Source: Asterias rubens (Eukaryota). From it: a DNA stretch of 64,000 nt. Below are positions 38,446 through 50,713 of the stretch, piece by piece. A program made the position numbers and the translations under genes. Location: NCBI RefSeq assembly GCF_902459465.1, contig NC_047062.1:14198001-14262000 (forward strand). Direction: 5' to 3'. The notes beneath the pieces are model-generated. The model did no database searches, had not been told where the DNA came from, and saw only the letters and a list, made by a program, of their open reading frames with translations. Every line of letters begins with the position of its first letter. The first letter of the stretch is position 1.

Positions 38446-41400
38446 ATGTCAGAAACACCGCCCCCACAACGCAGAAACTGGCGATGGAAATGGAAAAAGA
38501 GAAAACCTTCAAACAAGAGCAGATTTCATCAGGGTGGTAAACATCAGCGGGATAATAATCACCATAGCAACCATCCCCCAGACGGAGACGAGAAACCATC
38601 GGTTGCTACTAGTAGTAGTAGGGGTCAACGGTCATCATCTGGCTCTGGACATTTTGACGACAGAATCCCAGGAGCATCTGGTTCTGGTGTATCTCATCAG
38701 AAGCCAAAACCATGGAATACAACGAAACATTGTGGAGGTTGTAGGAAAAGTCGATCGCATTCATCGCCCTGTGGATGTATAGGAGCAAGAGGCTCCGGCG
38801 GCAATTCTAATAAACAAGCGAGGGTCAAATCTCAGGGAGTAAGCAGTGGACATTGCAGCCCTGGTGAATCTGTAGCAGGTAGTAGCGGCGGGGCAGGGAG
38901 TGCAGCCTCTACATCATCGGGACAACCACCAGCGACTACAGTCGTCAAAGATATCCTTTTGCTTACTTCAGTTTATGCCCCTGGTATTATAATGGTAAAT
39001 ACAGGCTAATTACGGAAATGAAGCCAAAGGTGCCTCATGCCTAAAGAAATTAAGCACTGTTTATGTGGCTTACAAGAGCCTGATGACGAGACCTAATTAC
39101 AAGGGTACTTGCTGTGCGAACGAGAAACATTGGGATAACCCCCACTCTTTCAATTCAATTCAATACAATTCAATTTCACTTTTTTTAAATATTATCTTGA
39201 TGGGAAATTCATTTCAAATTGACAAAAGTTGGCTGGAAGTTATGGTACCTATGCAAGGGGGTGTCTTCATGTCTCTTCATCAATTGGAATTTGATAACCT
39301 TAATGTCAAAGCACAGATTCCAGGATTTTATTATGACTCGGTCAAGAAACGTTATTTCCGGTTGCTACCTGGACACAATAATTTCAATCCCCTAACAAGG
39401 GAGAGTATAGAGAAGAAAGAGGCAGAGAAGAAAAGACTGGAGCTGCTGAATGACGACCAAGCCATCGGCCAGAAGAAGGTTTGTGTCTAAAAGGGACACG
39501 TTGCCTTGGTCGGCCATACTCCACAAAATGGCCGACCGTGTTAGTTGTCAAAGTAAAAGGAAAACCACGCAATTTCGAGGCTTGTTGTGTGGATCATTAT
39601 ATTCTGCTTGGCAAAGAAAAGCATACATAAACCTACATGTAGGTGAAAAAGATTACGATGCAAGTTTTTGAAATGTGTGTGGACACTTAATCCACATTTC
39701 TCCTTTTTTTGATTAGCTGTTTACAGTAAAAATGTCTGTGTGTTCAAAGATGTTTGTATGCAAAAGGTAGTTCATGGCCAGACGTTTTTAATCATAAGAG
39801 TCTTTCTCGAAGCCTGAGTGACAACACACCTTAAAAACAACTGATGTACCAGAAGCAATCAAAAGATGTTTGAAATTGTATCTCCTTTCTCAATGCAGGG
39901 AACATCTAATAGGAATACAGTGTTTTGTCCACTCCAGAGAAGTTTACAAACTGGACAGCTGACTTCGAGACAATTCATGAGGTGAATATTCATACTTGTT
40001 TTCTTTCCCCTCCCCCTTTTTTTTTTGTTTAAATGCAAGCACCGTTTCTTAAGATTTCCTGCAATATATATTTTTACACTGTTAACAAACTGTATTGAAT
40101 TGCCATTATTTATTTTCAATTTTTGTTTGATTGCCTGGTATTCAGATTGCACTTTTCTATGAATTTCACAGTTCAAAGCTTGCCATGTTAGCGCTGAATT
40201 TTTACCACTGAATAATTGTAGTTGTATAATTTTAATGAATAAATTACACTTGCGCGTAATAAATGAAACTATAAATGAATAAATGACTAAATTATTATAA
40301 TAATAATTATTATTATGATTTTCCACCACCCTCAGGTTCTCCCAGGAACACTCCCTTAGGAATCTAGATTTAAAACCAAGAAAGCTCGCTAACTTCCCAG
40401 ACCAGTACTTTGATGGAGAATCAGGTGACATTAGTTTCCTGCAGGTAGGTCAAAAACTAAAAATGAGTTTGTTAGGTTTGGTTTATTGTTTCCACAGTAG
40501 CGTTGTAAAACAGGCAATAATATCAAAGATATCTTTTACACAGTTCCACAAACTGTTTCTATCAAGGTACATGTATAATTGTTTATATTTGTGGGCTGTA
40601 GTTAACCCTAGCAGTAGGGCTAGCAGTAGCGCCTACATGTGCACAGTCGCAATCATGTGTATACATTGTTTCCGCGTCCATTTTAAAATAACAGTTTGAA
40701 AATCACTGATGAAGCAGTTATCTCAGTCATAGAGTAAGGTCCTTACTCTATGTCTCAGTGTTATTTATACATCAAATAACAATTGCTGTGTCAATAATGG
40801 AAAAAAAGGGTGATTGTGTTTGTCGAATACAAGATCTGCAAAGAGTTCCTCAATATTTATCTGTGCTCATGTAAATGCCATGTATTTAAAGTTGTAAATT
40901 GCTACTTCTCAAAACGAAATTGCTAATATTAGCTCTAGAAACAATGACTGCAGATTATAAGGCATGTGTGTGATACAAGTTTAAAACTAATCAAACTTTG
41001 TTAAGAACTTTTACAGGGGTCATTTTAAAGTTGTGCGGTGTGTGTAATCGAAACAAACTTGTCATAAATACATTATGTTGTAAGGAAATAATAATATGGC
41101 AATTAATTTTTTATTATGTAATAGGTTGATGAGTGTCAGCAGAGGGTTTTGATGGTGTTATCGCACGATTACCTGAGCAGGTTAGTGAATTCATGCTTTT
41201 TGTTTCAAACTTAAAAGTAGGGTCATAGATCGGTAAACAAAATGAATGACCACAAAATCTTTATAAGTCACAGAATTTCAAAAGTTACTCTGCAGTAGAA
41301 GAACAACAGGAAAAGTTCTTTCTTAAACAATGTACACAGCTAAAACGCAACCGCAAACCAAATATTTATGTATAAATTGTGGTTCACTTTTTTGAGAAAA

Positions 41401-44400
41401 TAGGATAAGCTGTTTCAAACTGCTCACCAACCAAAAAGATCTATTGTATAAAAGTAACAAAAAAAGTTAAAAGGCCTTGCATTTTCGACCCTAGCAGAGT
41501 CGTTCGGGAAGCCTTCAGGAAAGACTCTGCGAGGGTTGATCTTATGTCAGGCAATTAACTATTTGTTTACATGTTCTGATTCTATTACTTTTCTCCTTCA
41601 GAATGTGGCAAGGCACCATCACCCCTGATCCGTCTAAGCCTCGATCAGTGTGTGTGTCTGACTGGAAAGTGATAAACATTATCGGTACAAGAGTGACCAA
41701 GGTAAATAAAGGAAAACAACTTGATAATAATAATAACAATAACAATAATTTTTTTTATAGTGCTTTAAACCCAAGGGCGTCTCGACCACAAGCCTCGGCT
41801 TGAGGATGACGCCTCCATGTGAGTTTGAAAATAAATGTTATATTGATTGATTGATTGATTGATTAATGAGCTAAATCAATCACAAGACCCATCTGCCCTC
41901 ACAAATACCCATTTACCCCTGGGTGGACAGAAGCAATTAAAGTTAAGTGTCTTGCTCAAGGGAAACAAATGTCACGAACGGAACTCAAAACCACACTCTG
42001 CTAAACACAAACACCTGAGCTTGAATTTGGTGCTCTTATCCACTCGACCACAACACCCCATAATTCTCACTGGAAAATAGTTCCTTGATGAGTGGGAGAT
42101 TGAATGAGTTTTCATCACATGTACAGCCTCACAGATTTTCCTCCAAGAGGCTTCAAGTGAGTTTGTTTCTTTTGTTTGATCTATTTCTTGCAGGTTACAA
42201 GTGCTTCTTGGGTTTCCTGCACTGACAATCCAGATGACCTACAAATCATGTATCCTCTCAGTTATATATTCAAACTCAATTCCTTAAAAACCTTGTAGAT
42301 TTTGGTCAGAATAAGTATCTCCATTGTTTAGTTTTAGTCTGAAAGCTTTACTGATTACGAAGCCCATACTTGAACCATGTTTCTGTGACATTGTTTTTTT
42401 TTAAATGAAGTCATATTCGAGAAAAATGTATCTGAAAATTTTAAAATATGCAATCGGCGGGTTGTTTTTCAGTACTTTCTCCTGACTCACACAATGGATT
42501 AGAGCCGAATTTTCATATATGTGGTTGATCAGTCTAAACATGATTAACAATGTCTGCCACTATTTACAGCTCTGCTAATCCTGTATATTAATTTATAACT
42601 AGGTGTGGTTTACGGTGTAGTAGCTTATCTCTTTTGAGTAGTGTCGATTCTGTTAAGAACCGGTGGTTGACAACTCAATGTTTCGATCAGTATAATCTGA
42701 TCGTCTTCCTATTTGACAACTTAATGTTTTAATAAGTATGCTCTGATCGTCTTCTCCTGAAGATGATCAGAGCATACTGATAGAAACATTAGTTGTCAAC
42801 CACCTGCTCTTTTCAGAACCAACACCACTCAAAAGAGGTTTACACATGTTGCTACCACAAACCTCACCTAATTATACTCCAACCATGCAAAACTTAAACT
42901 CCTTCTTTATACCTACAAAGAAAACAAGTTGAACTCCTTGACTGAGTGTTATCTCAGATATTCTATATCCGGTGGTCCAATGAGTTCTGTACAGCTACTG
43001 AGGTGCCCAAGAGAAGGAGGTTTGAAAACAAAACTGATTTTGTTTGTTACAACTCAAATTAAGATCAGTATTTTTATGATGAAAAAATGCGTGCATTAAT
43101 TTTCAAAACAAATTCCTGACTAACCCCATGGATTCAGCCCAAATTTCACAGGTTTGATATTTCATGTATTTGGTTGAGCACACAAAACACAAATACTGGC
43201 AGCGACTATTTGGTCAGCTCTACCATCCTGTATAACACCTTTAAAATTTATTTCACCATAATGACTTGTCTTAGATTTGGTTAGGAAGCCACTCCAGGCA
43301 TTTTCATACGGTATAAATTTCTGAATGGTTCTGAGGGTTCTCCACCTTAAAACATATTGAAGAAGTGATGTTACTACATATTTATTTCCTCTCACTAGAC
43401 GGTCATAACCACATGACGTATAGCTATGAGAGCAATCATGAGTCTGCCTGGACGTGTACATGGAGCAACAACCCAGTAGCTCCATCATATCTTAGTATAG
43501 GTGAGCAGAATATCAGACCTGGAATTACATAGAAGCAAAGAAGGCCATGATAGCCCTTTTGCCCCTTGTCTTGGCCTTTTGCAAACTGGCCTTATACCTC
43601 TCACACTTGAAAGTCCAGGCCTGAAATCTTGTTGGATAAACAGGTTTGAAAATAAAGTGTGTAATAATATCAGGTGTTCATGATTTTTTTTGATTTTTTT
43701 ATTATTTTAATTTTGGGATGAACAAAGTACAATTGACTGGAGTGAGATTTGAAACTGCGACTTTTGGGTTATACATACCAGTGCTCTACCTACTGTGCTA
43801 CGCACTAGCCCATTTGTCGGCATTCTCTGTTTTGTCAACATCTTTGTATGTGGGCAGTTATTTTCTTTGCGAAAGACATCTTTTTAAAATGTGTTTGGAA
43901 AAAAATTACAATAAAAAAAATGTCTATCAAACCCAGCGTTAAAAGACTTTATGGTCTTTTCTGTACATGTAGGTTCAAGCAATAAAGCCATTGTAGTAGA
44001 CACTGTTACTGCGTACAAGTGGAAGGTATTCACCAATCACAGCGATGTCTTGGCCCAGGTGTTCTCTACAAGAGTAAGTATTATCTAATCTCAGTTTTAG
44101 AACCAGATATTAGACGGCGAACTAGGCGGGCCAAAAACTATTTGGACTATAAGGTGCAGTTTGCATAGCTTTCAGAAATTTGCTTTTTACATATTTTGGA
44201 GCTCTCGGTAAATGGAGTTTATTGATCAAGAGTGGTCTCAATAGTAATTGTTGGCAAAAAGAGACATTCAATTTCAAAGAAAAACATTTACTTCTGTATT
44301 TTTATTAATTTTTCAAACCTGTATGCATTTTTCGCGACCTTTTGATTATTGCAAGTATGAAATTGCATTTACTGAGCTGACAATATATTCTTTCCATTTT

Positions 44401-45670
44401 TCTGTCCTTGAATCAGAATTGAATATTTGTGTACACTTTTATTGCGATTTTGCTGTGAGCAGTGTCTCTCAAACAAATTGTTCTAACCCTTTTCTTTCTT
44501 AATGTTCTAATACAGAAACCAGTTCTCTACAATGGTACTCGTCGTGGTGAGATATTGGGCTGTGACCTTCGATCTTTGACCCAGACGAGGTCAGATATTA
44601 CCTTGAGAATGAGGCACAAAGTGGCTGTGTGTTCCATCCGTCTTCTCAAAGATGAGAACTACATGGTAGCTAGCGATATGAGTGGGCAGGTATGACAATT
44701 TTAAATGTCAAAAACTTGAGTTGGACTTTGGATAGTGAAATTGGATGCTGATCCTTCATCTCAGAAAGGAAAGGCAGGTTTTCCTTTGTATAAAATTGTA
44801 CCGGGTACTGAAACATTTCCAGGGGCACCACAGCCATTGACAAGGAGTATGGAGGCAATTGCCCCTGTGAAGTATGGGGCCTAAATACTTGTATGCATTT
44901 TTGGTCCCTATTTGGAAATGTTTGTTAATAGTTATCCCTGTATTCTCGACAGTATTATTGATACACTTAAGATTAACAATACTCTGTATTTAAATTTCTT
45001 GTGCTTTGTTCCTTTTTGATTTCAGGTCAAACTATGGGACCTTCGTCAGTGTCTTTGTGTACAGGAGTTCAAAGGTCATAATAACCAGCACGCTCATTTA
45101 CCTATCTCTGTCGATTCAACTGAGAAAACTTTATACGGAGGTAGGCTTAAACAAAGTGCTCTCACTATCTGGGAAACTTAAAGGGATCAAGTACAAGTTT
45201 ACAATTCCCAAATTATCAAGTTTGTGTGAAAAGCTTGAAAAATAATGTACACATTGGAACATGAACTATTTTTCTTCTTGGAGATTGCCTGGAACTGGTT
45301 GCCTGTAAATTTCCCTGTGTGACATGGCCCCAAGTTACATTTTCATCGAAGGACTTCAAGTAGGAAACTCCGAAATCTAGTTTTGAAAGCAAGTCATTGT
45401 ACGCATTAATGACCGTTAGTGCTAGATGGACAGTGAAAAGACTAATCCATAATGTGTTTTTTTTTCTCCACTCTCCTTGTCCTAGTTGGCCAAGACAGTT
45501 ACACCAGGCTATGGAGCCTCCATGATGCCACTCTCCTGAGGACCATCCCTTGTCCACAGCCACCAAGTCACCTAAGCCCTAGTGCTATATTCTCACAAGA
45601 ATGGAAACATGGAACTCAACCCGGCTTACTGCTTGGGGTACAAAGAAACTTATACTGGTACCCTTTATGA
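38446..45670 (+). CDS. DCAF4: DDB1- and CUL4-associated factor 4 (WDR21), WD40 substrate receptor
   Basis: Exons 38446-38950, 39315-39478, 39899-39981, 40336-40444, 41125-41180, 41602-41701, 42194-42249, 42958-43019, 43399-43500, 43973-44073, 44516-44689, 45026-45140 and 45486-45670 are phase-consistent. Diagnostic segments: EIPGFYYDSVKKRYFRLLPGHNNFNPLT, SDVLAQVF, LYNGTRRGEI..DLR, ASDMSGQVKLWDLR, VGQDSYTRLWSLHDATLLRTIP. Confidence 0.93.
38951..39314 (+). other. U12-type AT-AC intron (DCAF4, after first coding exon)
   Basis: 5' site ATATCCTTTT, branch site CCTTAAT at 39298-39304, 3' end ..agcAC. Splicing G|AG restores a Glu giving E-I-P-G-F-Y-Y-D. Confidence 0.85.
41750..42060 (-). mobile_element. 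tRNA-derived SINE (Meta-type), reverse orientation
   Basis: acccatttacccctgggtggacagaagcaattaaagttaagtgtcttgctcaaggg is the reverse complement of the central domain at 21840-21900. tRNA head at about 41980-42060. Confidence 0.7.
42250..42957 (+). other. U12-type GT-AG intron (DCAF4)
   Basis: 5' site GTATCCTC, branch site TCCTTGAC at 42935-42942 (15 nt from the 3' AG), weak pyrimidine tract. Phase-2 junction is in frame. Confidence 0.75.
42603..42868. mobile_element. Penelope-like element terminal palindrome with degenerate minimal hammerhead motifs
   Basis: ctgaagatgatcagagcatactgatagaaac at 42757-42787 and the inverted gtttcgatcagtataatctgatcgtcttc at 42680-42708. Confidence 0.6.
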
Positions 45671-47910
45671 TGCACACAGCAACTTGAGGCTGAAAGTCAA
45701 TTACTGTACCCTTTTCAGTGTTACAAATGTGCAATAAAATGACCTAACATGTGAACTCTATAAAAGATGGCAGAGGCATGATACAAGTCTATTGACCCAA
45801 TTCACCAGGGCCCAATTTCATGGCTCTGCTTACCGACAAATTCTGCACTTAAGATCACCATTCTTCGCTTACAATCTGCACTAGTTGTGTAAGAGAAGAA
45901 TGCAGAGTAACGTGGACTAAGCAGGCATACAAGCAGAAATTCCCTGCTTGCCTGTGAAATACACGTGACAGAAGCATGGAATTCCCTGCTTCCATAAGCA
46001 CCGATTCTTTGCTTGCTTACGGTAAGCAGAGCCATGAAATTGGGCCCTGACATCATCACCCATGATAAGACTTGCTTGAGCCGTACTGGGAGACAGATTC
46101 TCATGTGCTACTGTGGAATGTGTACCTTAAGATGACACACGCACGGTTTGAGGCTCACCATACATTGTATCTTTACATGCAGTTTGACTCCCAAAAGGGC
46201 AGACCGAAAGCAGAGAGGAGCTGCGTGTGACATCAATGCAAGGGGTCCGTAAAGATAGATTTATCAACGAGGGTTCGCTTTGGAAAAAACCTTATGAAAT
46301 GTACAAGAATAAAAAAGATTCCTTTTTAAACGAGTGTAACGAATTTGTCATAAACTTTTTAATTATCAGAGTAATTATCCAACATTATCTTCATTAATTG
46401 CACTCAATTTCCAACAAAGTTATTTACAATTTAGGTTCTATTTAATACAAATTTATTTTCCAGCTGACCAACTTACTAACAATACCACTTCATTATTGAA
46501 ACCTGTAAATAAAAGCATCTTTGAAACAATAAAATAAAGTTGCTTTACTTTTCTTGATTTGCCATTAAAGTTAGCAATTAAAAAATGCACACCTTCTTTG
46601 GTCTATTACTTATGTTTCAAATCAAGGAATAACGATGGTAAAATATATCCACCGTTTATGTTTATTTTGGCGAGAAGGGTAAATAAAATGAATACTCACA
46701 GTTGTATCAATAATCATAACATACTATAAGGTGAAAGTCTCTCACATTGGTCACTTTACTTATGTTGCAAGAGTATCTTTAAAGACATATTGCTGTATTT
46801 CCTGCATGGGGCAATCGTTTCTTTGTTTATTACTGTTAAATTTTTTAAAGTGAACTCTCTAACTTTTAAGTTCGTAAAGAGTTTTTGGGGGGAGCTTTTA
46901 ATAAATTTGGCAATGTTTTGTACAATTAAAAAAAAAAAAACTCCTTAGCAATTTCTCCATCCCATCGGATAAGATATAATTGCAATTTTAGCTATTTGTT
47001 CACACACTTTATGTAGATGGTTAGTATAACACCAAGACAAAGCTGAAAAAAGGGGGAAAAAAGATTCTCAGAATAAAAAAAAATAAAAAAGTTTAAATAA
47101 GGTGACAGATTGGCAGTGGTAGGCAGCACTTGATTCCCAACTGGAGCATGTTTTAGGCTCTTTTCTAAAATTTAGGAAACTTAAAGTAACTGATCATAAT
47201 CACTGCTTTCACCCACAAAATGACCCCCAAATGTTGCAAATATAACTGTTATATATGCAACATTTTGGGGTCATTTCGTGGTAACTACAAATGCATGCAG
47301 TTACTCCACGGTAGTAGAATATATAGCAGGGCAGTTCTCTAAAGAACAAACTCTACCTGGCAAGTACGGTAGATATACACACATGGTGTTACCACAAACC
47401 AAATATATGTTGATACCTCACCATGCAATGCCTCAAATCCCATACATGCAGTTAGTTAATAATAGTACTGAGGGATGGTTAGAACAAATAGCTGGCATAA
47501 AAACCTAATCTCACATTTTTCTTTGGCAATTCTTGTAACATTGCTCCGACACTATTTTCAAAGCATTTAAATTAATACAAAATGATTTTGATCATCTTTT
47601 ACAGAAATTTCAATTACATATACAAATAGTCCTCATCTTATAGAAGAATCAAAGTTCTAAAATTCTACTAATATTAAAACTGATCTGAAATCTCTCACAC
47701 ACATTAACAACATTTTCAACAAAATAAAGCAAATAACATGAATAATGTCCATTAATTTTACCGATTCTACGGTACAAATTATTCCAGAGAAAATATTAAA
47801 ACTAGTTCAGTTAAAAAAAGAAGAAGATGATTCTCCAATCCTGAAATACAAACCAAATTTGATTTTGATTACACGTTGCCTCACAGTCCTGAGCCATAGC
47901 AGCTGTCACT

Positions 47911-50536
47911 TCAAACAAAGAATGGGATAAAAGCTTTCCTTGACTTTGGGTAGTCGTCAAATTTCTCCTGGTAATACCTGAAAGTGAGGGGAAAAAATGT
48001 AAGTAAATAATCAACAAAACAACAACAGTACTTGATGCAACGGTGGTAGGGTTGGCATGTGGTATCTTTCCTCACCTCCCACCTCTAGGACCCCAGTTTG
48101 AACACACTGGGGCACTAAATGTAAATTGGATTTTCTGTTCCTACATGTACCTGATTGTGCAGGTTTTTTCTGGAATTTCCTCCCTCATCTAAAACTGAAA
48201 CATTCTTGTCTTCTCTCCATTGAGTTCTTGCCTAGTACAGTGATCAAGTTCAATTTTCATTGGCTTCACAACCAGAATAAATGAAAGTGGTGGTCCTTTT
48301 ATAAACATCATTTGATGACAGTGCATTTTATATTGGTAACCTAAAGGATTGTGCATTGGGTTTTCACCATCTTTTTTCTTCCTCGGGCTAGTAAAGGGGG
48401 TGGGGAAGCAGGCTGCCAATACTTATCATGAGTTTAAAAATAAGCACTAACCTGTGATGTTGAATTGCTCTTGGTCCGATATTACAGATAGTGAAGACGA
48501 CAAAAGCCAGAGCCTGCACTGACCAGCAAGCTAAGGCAAACCCAAGCCACTCTACAAATTCTCCAAAGAAGTTTGCACCCGAGACGTATTCAAACATTCC
48601 ACCTGGTTAAGTGAGAAAAAGATGTCAAAATGTACAGTTTACTTTGGAGACCACTCAGACTGAACTAATAACTCCATTTACCAGAGCTTCAAAATATGTC
48701 AAACATATTTTATAAAATCCATACAAACTGCACAAGCAAACTTATAGACCTAAGCCAGTGCTGTGTACATATGTTTTGGCACCAATACTTTTTTAGGCTA
48801 TTACCCTTACACCAATGATAGCACTGTTTACTCAGTACTTTTCCCAGGCTCTGTGAAAAAAATCGAAGGCATATCACTTGGGTGGGATTCAAACCCATGG
48901 CCATTGGAATTCTAGAGCAGTGTTTTACCAACTGGGCCACCAAAGTTGCCTGATAGCTAAAAGAAAAGTACTGAGTATACAGTGCTACACATATCGTTGT
49001 TTATGGTAAAACTGAAATTAATATTCTTTCTCCCAGATGCAAATCTAACATCTACTAGATCCTGATTGGGATGAGGAGTCTATATCTAAATGCATCGACT
49101 TACCTCTGGGTATTTTGTAACCCACTTCTCCTGGTTTCCTTAGATTCCTGAGGATAGAGTCTGAGTGAATGTTTATTGCCATACCAGTAAAAAACATCGC
49201 AGTACCTACATGAAAGAACAGAAATAAGTATCTCAGTATCAGTGGTCTAAATCCTGTAACATAAACGAATATAGTTTATTCTCAAAGTGAAAAGTTTTCA
49301 AAGTGAAAACTAAAACAGTGCAGATACAAAAAATTCACATGAAAAAGTAAAGCAAAACAATCCTGAACAAGGAAATGGAATAACAACAAACAAACCTTGC
49401 AAAAAGAGAACATGATTTCATTATATATAAGAAAATAACGTTACGTTTTCCACTAGGCAGACATAACGAGACATAAAAAGGTCAGAGTTCAGATAAAAGT
49501 CTGAAAGTTCTCATCCCTGCAGTTTGTTCGTAAATTTACAACAACATACCAGCGATAAATCGAGGATCCCACAGCCAGCTCTGTGGGTAGACAGCGTACT
49601 GAGTGAGGTAGCGACCCTGCAGGTAGCCGTTTGTCACACAGAACACGAATGCTAAGAAGAAGGCAAGGAAGGCTGAAGGCTTCCCTCCACGAATCAGGAA
49701 TGTAAAAATGAACGTTCTGGTGAATAATGAAGAAAAGAAAAATTGGAATTAAGTTTCTTACATTGGAGAGAGAAACTTTGCTGAAATAAATTACCCAGTC
49801 AGATCATATAATAACTTTGAAAAGGACAACACCAGACATAATACTTCACGGAGGCTTCAAAGGCGATTTCCTCCATGCCCCCTGGTCATTGCCTTCGTGC
49901 CCAATGAAATGCTCCAGTAGAAATTTACGATATCCCCATAGGGTGCCCTTTACCAAGGAGAAATGCCTTGGTGCCCTTGTCGTTCCAAAAACAAAGCATT
50001 CAGGGCTGCATCACAATAAATGCTACTATTGATTTGAAGAACATCATTTTCTGTACAATCATCTTGTCAGATAGACATTAAAAATCTAAATACTTTAAAG
50101 CTTCATCAGCTTTTTGAGCAGGTAAACTTGAAACAGTAAAAACATTCAAAAATGAAGTAAAGATTAAAATGTAACAAATTACACATACTTTGAAAAAGAA
50201 AAGTTACCTCTGAAAGTAGTGTATGATCATGAGACTGATAAGCAAGCTGTTAATAAAACCCTGTCGTCCACCACTAGTAACCAACAGGTACGTGGGTATA
50301 AGAAATGCAGGTACTTCTTGAATAAACCAAGACAAACGACCGGGTACACTGAATCCAAAATTTGCGTTGACGTAACGACCGTAGGGCGCACCGACAAACT
50401 GAAGACAGAAACTGGAGATGACGCCCAAGACCATCAGCCAGTAGGCTATCTTATCGAGTAGGACCTTTTCATCAATACCCAGCATGTCTGTCAGGGGCTC
50501 TACCATCGGGAGTGGTACAGGTTCGGCTGCCGACAT
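47911..50536 (-). CDS. SRD5A1: 3-oxo-5-alpha-steroid 4-dehydrogenase (steroid 5-alpha-reductase, SRD5A1/SRD5A2 co-orthologue), 271 aa
   Basis: Exons 50536-50208, 49716-49550, 49205-49104, 48602-48452 and 47977-47911 (816 nt). Motifs GAPYGRY, SWFIQEVPAF, HYFQRT, NGYLQG, GMAINIHSDSILRNLRKPGEVGYKIPRGGMFEYVSGANFFGEFVEW, HHRYYQEKFDDYPKSRKAFIPF. Confidence 0.95.
48820..49055. mobile_element. tRNA-containing composite repeat showing the right-hand terminus
   Basis: Reverse tRNA-like part followed by aaagtactgagtatacagtgct...attaatattctttctcccagatgcaaatctaacatcta, the inverse of the left end at 9581 and 25410. Confidence 0.6.
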
Positions 50537-50703
50537 GTTGCTGATCTAAATGAGAAAATTTCAATGTACACTGTATTCATCTGGCAATGACATTAGATCA
50601 ATCTAGTAGAAAATTACAAAAAGCTGTGCATGCATCTTTCCTTCCTTCCTTCCTTCCTGTGAAGTGCAGCCTCGCATATGTGAGGATAAATGCACTGCAT
50701 GTT

Positions 50704-50713
50704 TGCGCATGCG
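50704..50713. promoter_or_regulatory. NRF1-type palindromic motif upstream of SRD5A
   Basis: TGCGCATGCG about 170 bp upstream of the SRD5A ATG. Confidence 0.4.

Noticed and set aside
38384-38782. 132-aa alternative-frame ORF overlapping the DCAF4 first coding exon
   Set aside because: Starts at TTG, has no recognisable features and is a by-product of the low-complexity exon.
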